Under the pieces are notes generated by a model, which was given only the letters and a program-made list of their open reading frames with translations, searched no databases and was not told the DNA's origin. Positions 22,820 to 35,860 of a stretch of 64,000 nt of DNA are shown piece after piece. The position numbers and the translations under genes are program-made. How positions within the stretch are numbered: the first letter of the stretch is position 1; the number at the start of each line of letters is the position of its first letter. Source of the DNA: Octopus sinensis (lineage: Eukaryota); contig NC_042997.1 in the NCBI RefSeq assembly GCF_006345805.1, positions 201,934,001-201,998,000 of the forward strand. Reading direction: 5' to 3'.

Positions 22820-23290
22820 ATGTATCATGCAGTGGGACTGAACCTGGAACTTGTGGGTAAGAAGCATGTTTCCCAACCACATGGTTCCAGGTTCAGTCCC
22901 ACTCCGTGGCACCTTGGGCAAGTGTCTTCTACTATAGCCTCGGGCCGACCAAAGCCTTGTGAGTGGATTTGGTAGGATTGAGCTCACAATCATGAGATAG
23001 TGAATTCAGTTCCTGAACCGAGTTGTGAGTTATGTTCTTGAGCAAGACACTTTATTTCACGTTGCTCCAGTTCACTCAGCTGTAGAAATGAGTTGCGATG
23101 TCACTGGTGCCAAGCTGTATCTGCCTTTGCTTGTCCCTTGGATAACATCAGTGGCGTGGAGAGTGGAGGCTGGTATGCATGGGTGACTGCTGGTCTTCCA
23201 TAAACAACCTGGCCTGGACTTGTGTTTCTGAGGGTAACTTTCTAGATGCAATCCCCTTGGTTATTCATGACTTAAAGGGGTTCTTTACCT
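22820..23290 (+). mobile_element. SINE family 1 pieces followed by another tRNA-head SINE (22975-23290)
   Basis: ttcttgagcaagacactttatttcacgttgctccagttcactcagctgta motif, also seen at ~34395, ~47460 and ~60895. Confidence 0.7.
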
Positions 23291-23297
23291 TTTTACC

Positions 23298-23333
<36 letters not shown>

Positions 23334-23599
23334 TCACTTTGTTTACAATATATCACTGGCAGAAGCAGATCTTAGCTATCACTCCATTGCACAGATGCAC
23401 ATGGCTGACAAACAGTCAACTAGCTCAAAACTGGGCCAGTCCCACAATCCTGTTAGCTGATGGGGTTTAATAGGGGTTCGTTCCCCCTGCTAGTGATATA
23501 GTGTATATAAAGGATGCAGAACATTGCATCGAAATCCAGCTGGTGGAGAACCTGCCTGGGGTTAAACTAGTAGTAGCATTCAATACCACTTTGATGTGG

Positions 23600-23835
23600 C
23601 AATTCATTTACTGTTTAGTATACAATACTGCATTATCTCATCTTGTGATTTTATAACTAGCTCCGAAACTACACCTGATTGTCCCCCTTCCATACTCATA
23701 CACATATGTGTATGTCATGACTCATGCACTGTTCTTTTCCTGACGCTTGTACATTGCCCTATGCACTATACATACACTTTAGATGAGTTGTAGTGCATCT
23801 GAGCACTGTACACAATGTTTTATTATTATCATTAT
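23600..23835 (+). mobile_element. CR1-like LINE 3' end
   Basis: ccgaaactacacctgatt...actttagatgagttgtagtgcatctgagcactgtac plus (TAT)n, shared with 31040-31272. Confidence 0.7.
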
Positions 23836-23892
23836 ATATATATATAAGAAAATAAGACAAGGTAGAAATGCTAAAATAATTTTATCATAAAG

Positions 23893-23940
23893 AACATTTT
23901 AGTACTGGTTTCAGTCTTTGTGACTTTTTCAACTTAGAGT
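23893..23940 (-). ncRNA. Minimal hammerhead-like motif with U3-A8 covariant core
   Basis: Minus strand: ctaag TTGAAAA AGTC acaaa GACT GAAA C ca GTA ctaaa; stem I weak. Confidence 0.45.
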
Positions 23941-24547
23941 AAAGCATGAAAAGCAATTAAATTCTGAAAAAATTAAATGAAATGTTTTTTAAAAATATTT
24001 CCATAGTTTTCAAATGCAAAAGACATTTTCTGTTTTTCTGTCTGTCTCTCTCTTTCTCTCTCTCTCTCTTTTTTGCTCTTGCGAAGGCTTGGTAGTAGGT
24101 AGTAGCAGTCCTAAAACTATACATATACATATCAGCTTGTGCTCCTTTTCAACCTTCTACTATATGTATGTATGGCTAGTTATAATAACATTTTTAAAAA
24201 TACTATAGCCTTTTTATTAAAAAATATAACACAACTCAATATGACTTCAACTTATGTAAGTTGAAAATATTTTAAACTTTCTCAATTTTTAAACTATTTT
24301 AATTGATTTATTTTTATCTCTGATGAGGGAAATGCGACTATTTGTATTGGCTGGAAAACTCACCTGATACAAGCGCATTCTTCAAAACAATCAAAAGGTT
24401 TCATAATACTGCTTTTCTTTGGATTGTAATATTTAAGCGCTTGAAACCTAACATCTCAATGAATTTTTTATGTATTTTGTAATTCCCATGATAAAGGAAC
24501 TTGACCTATGAAAATCTGTCATCCACTTTGATTTTTCTTATACATAC

Positions 24548-24597
<50 letters not shown>

Positions 24598-25597
24598 ATA
24601 TATGAGCAGGTGTGGTTGCTTCCCAACCAAGTGTTTTCAGGTTCAGTCCTGCTGCAAAACACCTTGTGCAAACCAAAGCATTGTGAGTGAATTTGATAAA
24701 TGGTAACTGAAAGAAACCCATTGTGTGTATTTGTGTGCGTGCATGTGTGAGAGTGTATATGTTTCCTTGTCTTGACATCACATAATCATAGTGAATGAAC
24801 ATGAGTTCCACACAGCAGTGCCATTTTCAATATTCTGCTAAATTATATCCGTCATGGGGCAAAATATTATCTTGGCTAGAAACTGGTGAGAGTTGGTGAC
24901 AGGAAAGGCATCCAGACATAGAATATCTGACTCAGAATGTCTGACTCGTACAAAGCTTGGGAAAGTGGACGTTGAAAAGATTATATATATATGCTTGCTT
25001 AGGATGGCCCATCGATAGTGATGGCTGTGCCAATCCAGGACATTCGTTCTCCTCTGCCCCATTGTTTCTCATGTGAGTAGATGTAGCTGACAAGACCGAT
25101 AAAAGATAGGCAGACCCTGTGACTCCCAAACAACAGCCACAGGGGCTTGATGACAATGTCTCCTATCCTCTCCTGTATTTGGTTTCAAAGTGCTTTATTC
25201 CAGCATCACACACACCTTCCAGATACTCCATGCGTGAATGTGTCTGATTGTTATCATTTTAATGTCTACTTTTCCATGCTTGCATGAGTCAGACAAGACT
25301 TTGTCGAGGCAGAGTTTTGTACAGCCTGATGCCTTTCCTGACACCAACCCTCACCTATTTCCCCATCATAGTAAATAACCATCCAGTCTATCAAACAACA
25401 AACAACCTGGACATGCTTTTGCAGAGGACAGCAAAAAAATGACATTTTGAATGAACAGCGAAGCTTTTGTTTACAATTATTACACAAATATCAAGAGAAA
25501 AGGAAAATGGAATCGGTCATCTAAATATGCACACTCACACACATACACACATGACATAGTCCTATCTTTTTCTTATATATTTTGCATTCATATCTTA

Positions 25598-25970
25598 TAG
25601 GCGTAGGAGTGGCTGTGTGGTAAGTAGCTTGCTTACCAACCACATGGTTCCGGGTTCAGTCCCATTGCATGGCACCTTGGGCAAGTGTTTTCTACTATAG
25701 CTTCGGGCCGACCAAAGCCTTGTGAATGGATTTGGTAGACGGAAACTGAAAGAAGCCCGTCGTATATATGTATATATATAAATATGTATGTGTGTGTATA
25801 CATTTGTGTGTCTGTGTTTGTCCCCCCAACATCGCTTGACAACCAATGCTGGTGTCTGATAGAATAAATACTAGGCTTACAAAGAATAAGTCCTGGAGTC
25901 AATTTGTTCAATTAAAGGTGGTGCTCCAGCATGGCTGCAGTCAAATGACTAAAAGAGTAAAGAGTAAGAG
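25598..25970 (+). mobile_element. SINE family 1, full length
   Basis: Consensus match. Confidence 0.9.
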
Positions 25971-26129
25971 TATACTCACTTTGTATCTTGACAGTATGTT
26001 CTCACCATCTCTCTCTCTTTTTCCAACTGAGGAAGCCAGGTATCTCTTCTTCAGCAAGACAGTTGTTCATGTCACTCTATCATACATTCCCCCTCAATAC
26101 CGACTCCCTAATCCCCACCCCCACCCATA

Positions 26130-26382
26130 TGCACACTCGGGTGAGCTGTCTTGTCTTATGAATTACTTGGTGATGTCACAAGTGCTGGTCTCACAAGAGC
26201 AGCACTCAATACACTTTGTAAAGAAGCTGGTGTTGTGAAGGGCATCCAGCCATAGAACCCATGCCAAAGTAGATATTGAAGTTCAATACAGTCCTGGTTT
26301 GTCAGTTCCTGTTAAGCTGTCCACTCCATGCCACCATGGAAAATGGATGTTAAACAACTATGATTATGACGATGATGATGAA
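26130..26382 (+). mobile_element. Degenerate RTE 3' end
   Basis: gaagggcatccagccatagaac...gatgatgatg. Confidence 0.7.
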
Positions 26383-27637
26383 TGTTCTGTTGTGTGCAAA
26401 ATAAATACAAAAATAAATAGGAAATAAACTGAGTACATTATTTGACCAAAAGAATGGGTTTTTTTTTCGACCATCAATTAATTTTTCCATTGATAACATT
26501 CTTAACTAAATTTAAAATGTTATGGATAGCAATACATTGTAAGTCAATAACTTAGTAATATATACAAGTCATGAATACTCAATATGAAACTCCGAAAAAA
26601 AAACAAAAACCAAAAAAAAAAGGAAAAAAAACAAACAACATTCCTCCAAAATTGATTTAATATTTCTTAAAAACACAAAGTGTAACATTGTTGTTAATGT
26701 ACACTAGACATGGCGTTTCATTTCAGTTCTATTCAAGCAAAAGCACATACCACCACCACCGCCGCCATCACCACTACCACCACCGCCTTCACCAACATGA
26801 TGTCTAACATGTATCTTTTGTTTTCTCTCTCTCATCTAAATTTCAGCTTATATATACCTTTTTTTGGTTCTTTTTTCTTTCTTTTAATAAAATAGCTAAC
26901 AAGCAAAATCGAATCAATAATTTCTAATTTTGTACAAATGAATAGATGTCAATAACTTTTGGCAGTCGGCCATTGGAAGAGAAAGAAAACGAAAAGTAAA
27001 ATTTAAAACACATTTATAGTGGTACGTAAACCATAAATATTGATAGTATTTCAACCATTTTTTTTTTTACATATATATTGTTCTACACATATTTCGAACC
27101 TGTGTTTTTCATTTTTTTTTTTTCTTGTTAGAATATCAGAAATAAAGACCAAAAAAAAAAATCAAAATTGAATAAAATAACATTGACCTTGAGGTATAAA
27201 ATGTGAAGAGAGAGAAAGAAAAGTAATAATATTCGTTCTGTAAAACACGGATGTAATGAATTAAGCTTGCAATATTTTGAATACATATCCTTTAAATGGT
27301 TTATTTATTTGTTTATTTATTTATTTTTGTATTTTGGAAGAATCAATATTGCCATGTCAAAACGCTTGCTGCTAAATGCTCATTTCGTATAACTAAAACA
27401 AAAAGAAAAAGACATGTTGCTGTTAGGTTGGAGAACAATAAGAACACAAATATATAAATGAAAAGACAGAAAGGGTTTCCCCACATCTTTAACACTTTCA
27501 AGGTTGCTGCCACCACCACTACCACTACTGTTCCTGAGAACACACTATCATTCTCCTAAATTATAATGGAAACTTACTTTCTCACTCGCTATTTCTGCAT
27601 CGATCTTAGTCTATCTCTTATACAGATATATATATAT

Positions 27638-27938
27638 GGGGAGGCACAGTGGCCCAGTGGTTAGGGCAGTGGACTCACGGTCGTAGGATCATGGTTTCGA
27701 TTCCCAGACCGGGCGTTGTGAGAGTTTATTGAGCAAAAACACCTAAAAGCTCCACAAAGCTCCGGCAGGGGGTGGTGATCCCTGCTGTACTCTCTCACCA
27801 CTCTTTCGCTCACTCTTTCTTCTGTTGGCCTGCTCGCTTAGCCAACGGGGTGGCATCATTCGAAGGCTAAAACAATGCGAACGCATTGTGACCAGCGATG
27901 TGTAGCAACATCTGATGGTCTGGTCAGTCACGTGGTCA
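27638..27938 (+). mobile_element. tRNA-derived SINE (family 3)
   Basis: A/B-box-like head gtggcccagtggttagggcagtggactc...gtttcgattccc; its body recurs reversed at 48753-48920. Confidence 0.85.
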
Positions 27939-28398
27939 CTATATATATATATAGTTAATTTTTACAAAGTCAAGGGGGAGGAAAAGATAGAGATTGTCAG
28001 AGTGTTGTGTTTGTATTACATACTGGCAGCCTGTTAAAGAGAGGAAAAATCTCTTAAACAGAATGATGATACATGATTGTGAGGGGTTCTTTAGTTCTGC
28101 TACAGACATCTTTTCTTATGTATGGTAAAAAATACACCCAGTCCTCGTTGTAAGGTGATTGGATGGTAAGAAGGATACCCAGTTGTTAACTGGCCCTCCT
28201 CAAAAGATCTTCATGCACAACAGCACAGATTGACAATTTTGCCTGTTATGTGTGAGGTGGCTAAGGACTATAACATGTGATGCTGAGAAGCTGTGAGACT
28301 GATGCAATTCATGTGAGCTTGATAAAACATGTATAATGATTGCAAAGTGTGTGTGATTCATTTTTACATCTGTTTTTCTATTTTAGTATGGATTAGAT

Positions 28399-28640
28399 CA
28401 GTAGTTCTCAAGCAGGTCCATATGACCCTTGGACCTCCATATAAGAGTTTGTTAAAATTAAGTGCAATTAATTGTTTACATTCTACAATGCACAAACTGT
28501 TTTACAAATTTTTTATGCAGTTCCTAATAGCATTTTATCATAAATATACAATAAGGCTTTTTTTTTCTTTTTTTGAAATCTCAGTTGGCTATATGGGTCC
28601 ACCTGAATACAATAGGGATCAAATGGGTTCATAGGGATTA
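28399..28640. mobile_element. hAT-like MITE remnant
   Basis: Starts cagtagttctcaag; resembles the element at 13500. Confidence 0.45.
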
Positions 28641-28832
28641 AATAAATATATCATTGAGACAGGGTTTAACAACCAGATGCTCTTCACCCAATGATCCTTA
28701 GCCTGTTTTTTAAGTACAGAATTTCTTATTTCATGATCATCAAAGGTACAAATTGAACAGATGACTTGTCAAGAGGAGAAGCAGCAACAACACTGCTCTT
28801 AGCTTCTAGTTTACATTGACATTGTAGAATGT

Positions 28833-29230
28833 TAAGGTGGTGGGCTGGCAGAATCGGTAGCACGCCGGGTGAAATGCTTAGCAGTATTTCGTCTGCCGTT
28901 ATGTTCTGAGTTCAAATTCCACCGAGGTCAACTTTGACTTTCATCCTTCTGGGGTTGATTAAATAAGTACCAGTTATGCACTGGGGTCGATATAATCAAC
29001 TTAATCCATTTGTCTGTCCTTGTTTGTCCTCTCTGTGTTTAGCCCCTTGTGGGTAGTAAAGAAATAGGTATTTCATTTGTCTTTACATTCTGAGTTCAAA
29101 TTCCACTAAAGCCGACTTTGCCTTTCATCTTTTTGGGGTCAATAAGTACCAGTTGTGTACTGGAGTCGATCTAATTGCCTAGCCCAATCCCCCCAAATTT
29201 CAGGCTTTGTGCCTAGAGTAGAGAAGAGTA
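28833..29230 (+). mobile_element. SINE family 2, full copy plus a partial second copy
   Basis: Consensus match ending gtagtaaagaaataggtatt. Confidence 0.85.
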
Positions 29231-29932
29231 TACTTGGTAGCATATCATGGTTGCTATGTGAAATGTAGTGTGCCTACCAGCAATTAATCTTAAATTATAA
29301 CGATGGTGTGAGTGTGTGCAGGTTTCTTTCAATTCCTATTGACTAGATTCATTAACAAGTAAAAAGGTGTTACAAAAACTTTAAGACCAGTATCATATGT
29401 ATAACTGCAAAATGTAAGCAAAGGGAAATAACTGTAGTGGACCAGTGACGTGAATTTAGATAAGTCAGGTAGGCATTGATGCACTGACTGATATTGGTGA
29501 AAAAAATTCTTTGTGAACTGGAATTTGCCTCTGAGGCGGATGAAAAACAGAAAGCAAAGAAACTGGTTGGAATTGTTTGCAATTAACAAAGAAAAAGGAG
29601 ATAATTTGAAGAAATTATCAAAAATTTATTTGTTTGAAAATGGAATTTTCTGCTTAAGGGAAAAATCTGATTTTAGTTAGGAAGCAAAATGGAAGCTGTT
29701 GATAGCATCCAGATTAGAATGGCTTAAGAATTAAAAAAAAAAAAAAATTACTGAAGAATCCAAAAGTTTGTATGGACAAATCTGTTGTTGTTAATTATTG
29801 TCGCTTTGGTTTCATTGTTTGCTTAATAGGAAGAACTAACTTAGTAGTTGTTAGTGAGAGAATGTGAATACGTAATCAAAATTGGTTATTGATTATATTT
29901 CATCTAAACATGCTTTGCGATATTTTCTATAG

Positions 29933-30000
29933 ATTACTTTGTCATGAGCACAGGTATATTGGTAATTTTGACAGGATGTGGCTACCATTGTCTGCTATAA
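29933..30000 (+). CDS. Candidate terminal coding exon (xYFVMSTGILVILTGCGYHCLL*), hydrophobic C-terminus
   Basis: tattttctatag acceptor, open phase-1 frame to TAA, followed by repeat-poor AT-rich sequence; no homology recognised. Confidence 0.3.
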
Positions 30001-31039
30001 AATAGTGTTTATATTTATGTATATATATTCATGTATATATTTTTGTATTAATAGTTTATGGGATGTAAATGGGGGAAAAGGAAACTTGTTTATGCAAAAT
30101 TGGAAAACAACAAAGAAAACTGTTGTGTTGATTGCACGGCTTTTAAGATTTTGTTTGTAATTCACCACTTTCATATGTTAGTCCATTTTTACTTGTAAAT
30201 TTTATTTAACATAATATTTAGTCCATTAAAGTTGTCGGTTAACAATCTAAAATAATAGACTAACCCTGACACAGCAAAAACCAATTTATTATTCTATTTG
30301 CCTGACTAATTTTATTTATGGTTGAAAAACTGCAGCCATAAAAAAAAAGGTTCCATCGTCTGATAACAGATGTAAAATCTCTGAATTAGCTAAATGATCC
30401 TTGCTAAAAGAGAACAAAGAAAATGCTTTTATTAAAGTCAAATTGTTTGTGCATTTAAATATTTGTAAATAGTAAAAGTAATTATGAGCCAGAATATTGA
30501 AAATCTGCATTTCTAATGCATTATCTGAAAAGAGAATTACTGCTGTTGTTTTTATTACCGGCTAAAGAATTTATTTTAGAAGTAAAATCTGGAATCCAAG
30601 GGAACAATTAAATATTACAGTTGTACACAAAGTTTTTCTGTATATTTTTATCATCATCACTGTCATTGTTTAACATCCATTGTCCATGCTGGTTTGGATT
30701 AGAATTCAGCAAAAACCAACAAAACCCAAGCTCCAATATCTGCTTTCTACAGTTGAATACCCTTCCTAATACCAACCACTCCACAGTGTATTGGGTGCTT
30801 TTTTATAGCACTGTCAATAGTGAGTTCACCAAATAACTCACAAAACAAGACTCCCTAACATGAATCAGAATGCAGTATCCCTCTATATATAAATGGCAAA
30901 ATGTGTGTGTGTGTGTGTGTCCTTTATACAAATCCCCAATTTTTCAGTTAGAGGGCTCGCACTTTCTATGGTCATTCAAAACCGTTCAAGGGTGGTCATG
31001 CACATCTTTACCTTTCCCCAGTCACCCTGCAAAGCCATT

Positions 31040-31272
31040 AAAAAATCAATAGAAGTGACTTTCGGAAACATTTTTTCACGCTCAGAGTTGCTGAAGCATG
31101 GAATAAACTGCCTGCGTCAGTTGTTGACTGCCATGACACTGCATCCTTTAAAGCCCTCATGCTTTCCGAAATCCGCCGAAACTACACCTGATTATATATA
31201 CACTTTAGATGAGTTGTAGTGCACCTGAGCACTGTACATAATTATTATTATTATTATTATTATTATTATTGT
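31040..31272 (+). mobile_element. CR1-clade LINE 3' end with (ATT)n tail
   Basis: RKHFFTLRVAEAWNKLPASVVDC..TASFK matches the CR1 C-terminal FFxxRVxxxWNxLP motif. Confidence 0.88.
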
Positions 31273-31626
31273 GAATTTTCTATCCAAAACCCAATCAAAA
31301 TGCCCGAAACTTGATACGCCAATTCAATACCAGCTAGCTGTATGTAATTGGTCGGAGATTTGAACAGTACTCACGTATATGTGCGCACACACACAGCTGT
31401 ATATGCATGCACTAGCACTATGACCCGGCGTTGCTGGGTCATAGTGCTAGTCGTATATAAATATAATCTTAAATGACTATCAGAGATCTGTTTTATGTCA
31501 CGTAACTGTTTTTGCATCATTTAAACACTTCTTCATGTTCTTCATACCTATAATAACTCTTTGGAAACTTCTCAACAACTTACACAGAGTGTCTTATAAT
31601 AACTGGGACTGGAACAGACACATTTA

Positions 31627-31855
31627 TTAACCCTTTATCATTCAGATTACCCTGTCGGATGTATTATTTATTTATTCATATCACTTTGAGTTAATGTTGC
31701 ATTATCTTGTAGTTTCAAGGTTTTGATAATGTGGTTGTTTATTTTTAGAATGACATTGTAGGGAAAGTGTGAAAGACCAGATCTGACTAGTTTGAACATA
31801 AAACAAGTAGATAATTTTGGGCCTGATGTAGCTGTTTTAACTGCTAAAGGATTAA
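31627..31855. mobile_element. piggyBac-type MITE (second family); a truncated copy starts at ~31910
   Basis: TTAAccctttatca ... ctaaaggaTTAA. Confidence 0.75.
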
Positions 31856-31962
31856 GGAAAGTGTAAATACATAACCAAGATACAGGAGTTCATATCAATG
31901 GTCAGGGCTTAACCTTTTAGCATTCAGATTACTCTGTCAAATACAATACTTGTTTATTTTCA

Positions 31963-32210
31963 TTCATCATCATTTAAAGTCCGCTTTCCATGCTAGCATG
32001 GGTTGGACGATGGGTTGGACGATGGGTTGGACGATTTGACTGGCACAAGTGCCAGTAAGGCAACGCACGTAACAATCGCACTCGAATGATGGTTTTACAT
32101 GCCACTAGCACGGAGGTGATCTTGTTGCTCTGGCAACAATCATGCTCATATGGTACTCTTAGCGCTCCACTAGCACGGATGCCAGTCATTGAATTTGATT
32201 TCGATTTCAT
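31963..32210 (-). mobile_element. Internally deleted RTE 3' end with a triple 12-bp repeat (tgggttggacga, 31999-32034)
   Basis: Directly visible. Confidence 0.8.
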
Positions 32211-32949
32211 TATTTTGAATTAATCACGCATGACCTTGTGATGTCTTTGGTCATTGTTGACAATGATGGGCAAACTTTTGTAATCATTATGTGACACCAT
32301 GTATATCAGTTCCATGTATATCCCATATATGGAAACAATATCATATCTTAAGATATATCAATATCATATTCAATGTGACATCTTGTTTAATATCAGGACA
32401 AAATTTTTTTCGACACTGCATAAAATCTTTTTGTTTCATGACTATAAATGTTATCGCTTCTCTTTTTCTTTGGTTTTTCATTTAAATCAATCACAATTTG
32501 ATCCAAAAACTAACTTTAGTTTTGGGCACTTGTATAAATTATGTTAGGAAACTTAATTAAGAACACTTAGAGTATTAAATAAGTCCAAAAACTATATCTT
32601 TCATATTCACAGTTAATTGAGATTGCATGTGGAAAAGAATATTTCCAAATATTTTCAAACATTATAGAAATTCGCTAATTACCATTTCCTAATGTTTGTA
32701 TGTTTGCAATAATTATGACAAATGTATTTATATTTTCAATATATTTAATAATTTGTTTTGTGGTTCAGTAATATTTTCAAAACCATATTGAACATTTGTG
32801 AAAGAATTTTATGTTTATTTCTTAATTTTGCTCCAATGAAACTAGTGAGCAGTGTTTGCTTGCTGCTCAACTTGTTACAAATAGTAGCTAAATTGCCTAC
32901 AGAATACTTTTAGAGAGTAAAGTAATTAGTAAGATAGCAGAATCTTTAG

Positions 32950-33595
32950 CATCATCATCATCGTTGTCATCGTTTAATGTCTGCTTTCCATGCTGGCATA
33001 GGTTGGATGGTTTGACTCAGGGCTGGCGAACCAGATGGCTGCACCAGGCTCCAATCCAATCTGGCAGTGTTTCTACAGCTGGATGCCCTTCCTAATGCCA
33101 ACCACTCCGAGAGTGTAGTGGGTGCTTTTTACATGCCACTGGCATGAGGGCTAGTCAGGTGGTACTAGTATCAGCCACACTCGAATGGTGCTTTTTACGT
33201 GCCAGCAGCACAGGGGCCACTCAGGTGGTACTAGTATCATCAGCCATGCTCGAATAATGCTTTTTACGTGCCAGCAGTACAGGGGCCACTCAGGTGGTAC
33301 TTGCATCAGCTACGATCGAATGGTGCTTTTTACATGCCATCGGCAAAGGACCAGTCAGCCAGCACTGGCATTGACCATGCTCAAATGGTGCTTTTTATGT
33401 GCCACCAGCACAGGTGCCAATGAGGCAGTACTGTCATCGGACATGTTGATGACTTCACTTGCCTCAACAGGTCTTTGCAAGCGCATTTTATTGCCTAATG
33501 ATTGAAGCATACTCTTAAATGGGCTGATTATGCATAGGCCACGATTACGATCTCACTTGGTTTGCCGGGTCTTCTCAAGCACAGCATATAAAATT
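32950..33595 (-). mobile_element. RTE 3' UTR with diverged VNTR units
   Basis: Consensus match and (GAT)n tail. Confidence 0.85.
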
Positions 33596-34097
33596 TATAG
33601 CAGTATTTCTTCTGACTTTTTACATTCTGAGCTCAACTCCTGCCGAGATCAACTCTACTTTCATCCCTTCTGGGTCAATAAAATAAAGTACCAGTCAACT
33701 TCTGTAATGAATGCCTTGTCCCTTCCTCCCTCGTGTCAAAATTGCTGGCATTGAATCCTGCAATGGACTAGTGTCCTGTTCAATCACATAATCTTCATCA
33801 CATATACATCATGAAAAACCACAGGTGACCAGCTTGAGTCCTTGGGCTCAAGAAAAGAAAAAGAAAACATTGAGTAATGAAGTCCTAGATATACAAAAAG
33901 ATGAAATAGTTTTAAATGGAATTTCCTTAATCATAGGTTAATGACTGTTAAAAATACAAAATATATTGGAAGGAAACAAATTATCCCAGCAACGGTTAGC
34001 AAGAATGCTAGATGTATTTTGGCTTATTTCTTTGTTCCGTTTATATTTCAATTTTGGTGAAGGCACATAGCCTTGTGGTTAGGGTATTGCACTCATA

Positions 34098-34331
34098 AGG
34101 CGGCAAGCCAGCAGAAACGTTAGCACGCCGTGCGAAATACTTGGAGGTATTTCGTCCTCAGAACATAGTTCTGAGTTCAAATTCCACCAAGGTCAACTTT
34201 GCCTTTCATCCTTTCGGGGTCGATTAAATAAGTACCAGTTATGCACTGGGGTCGATATAATCGACTTAATAAATTTGTCTGTACTTGTTTGTCCTCTCTG
34301 TGTTTAGCCCCTTGTGGGTAGTAAAGAAATA
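34098..34331 (+). mobile_element. SINE family 2 inserted into the tRNA head of another SINE (34058-34570), 15-bp TSD
   Basis: ggtattgcactcata at both 34083-34097 and 34332-34346. Confidence 0.88.
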
Positions 34332-34565
34332 GGTATTGCACTCATACTCGCTAGGTCATGGGTTCAATTTTTAGACAGGGTGGCATGTTCTGTTCTTGAG
34401 CAAAACACTTCATTTTACATTACTCTAGTTCACTCAGCTGTAAATGGGTCACCTAGTGACCGGATAATTTTCTGATCAGGAGGAACGTTGGCCTGCTTGT
34501 CCAACCAGTGGAGTGGTGATCTTTCAAAAGATAAAACAATGCGAAGCACGTTGTGACCAGCAATG

Positions 34566-34735
34566 TATGACAACAAAGGTGTCATGCTGTAGGGACAATA
34601 CATGGTTACCACATTACCAGAGAAAGAAGATGATAGTGAGGATGTGTCAGGAGGTGCTCTCAAGTTACAGAAAGAGAAAAGGTTTGGATGTGTAAGGAAG
34701 TTTGGGGGAATATGAGAAATGACAGATGAACAGTC
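34566..34735. repeat. Unclassified repeat; diverged inverted copy at 38045-38218
   Basis: ctgtagggacaatacatggttaccaca...atagtgaggatgtgtcaggaggtgctctcaagttaca aligns to the reverse complement of 38045-38218. Confidence 0.7.
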
Positions 34736-35459
34736 TGGTTGCTACTGTGATACCATGATATTTCAAGTTTAGTAAAAATTTCAGTTCCAACATTAATGTC
34801 GGTTTATGAAAGCATCTGAGGTTCTGAGACTCAAACCCTCTTCCCAAATAAAATATGTAGGAAATGGTTTAAAAACAAATGAAATTACTTGATTCTAAAC
34901 TGCTATTCCGGATTATGAGGGTTGTACTTTATGACAATATTAGATGCTTTTATATGATTTGGTGGTTATTAAAGGATAGAGACGGGAAGATTGCCAATGA
35001 AATTATGCAAAAGAGAACCACACAAAGAAACAAGATTTACTAAAATCGTTTGATTTGGGAAAGATCTAAAAAGAAATATCTTTTTAATAAGGAAATAATC
35101 CAAAGAAATTACTTGGGCATCTTCTATATTTATGTCAATAATCCTCAGATTAATTTAGGAAATGTTATTTAACTTAGATATTTTATCCTCAAAATAGCAG
35201 CCATTAGAGTAATATATCATTTACAACAGCACAGAGATTCAGTTTTGCTTTTTGTTTTTGTTTCATGGCTGTGTGGCTAAGAAATTTGCTTTGCCACAAC
35301 AGGATTTCAGGACTGGCTCCACAGCATGGCACCTCGGGAAAGTGTTTGCTTCTGTAGCACAAGGCTGACCAATATCTTGCAAATGAATTTGGTAAATAGT
35401 AACTGTGGAAGCTTCTCATTTGTGTGTGTGTGTAGATATGTATATATATATATATATGT

Positions 35460-35860
35460 AGGTGCAGGATTGGCTGTGTGGTAAGTAGCTTGCTTACCAA
35501 CCACATGGTTCCAGGTTCAGTCCCACTGTGTGGAACCTTGGTCAAGTGTCTTCTACTATAGCTTTGGGCCGACCAAAGCCTTGTGAATGGATTTGATAGA
35601 CGGAAACTGAAAGAAGCCTGTCATATATATGTATGTATGTATATATTGTTTGTGTGTTTCTCCTCCCCCCCTCCCGCATCGCTTGAAATCCGATGCTGGT
35701 GTGTTTACATCCCCATAACTTAGTGGTTCAGAAAAAAGAAACCAATAGAATAAGTACTAGGCTTACTAAGAAGAAGCCCTGGGGTTGATTTGCTCGACTA
35801 AAAGGTGGTGCTCCAGCATGGCTGCAGTCAAATGACTGAATCAAGTAAAAGACTAAAAGA
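35460..35860 (+). mobile_element. SINE family 1, full length; an older copy lies at 35255-35450
   Basis: Consensus match. Confidence 0.88.

Noticed and set aside
24312-24400. Hammerhead-like CTGATGA-gggaaatgcg..cgcattcttc-AAAAC
   Set aside because: Stem II is plausible, but GAAA is mutated and no stem III, triplet or stem I can be formed; at most a heavily decayed relic.
26350-27620. Repeat-poor A/T-tract island resembling a 3' UTR
   Set aside because: No adjacent coding exon or strand could be assigned from sequence alone.
27638-27715. tRNA gene (also at 63200-63275)
   Set aside because: The tRNA-like heads continue into SINE bodies that recur in the window; no convincing acceptor stem.
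29460-29585. Protein-like frame GIDALTDIGEK/ILCELEFASEADEKQKAKKLVGIVCN
   Set aside because: It requires a frameshift, lacks a polypyrimidine acceptor, and no family was recognised.
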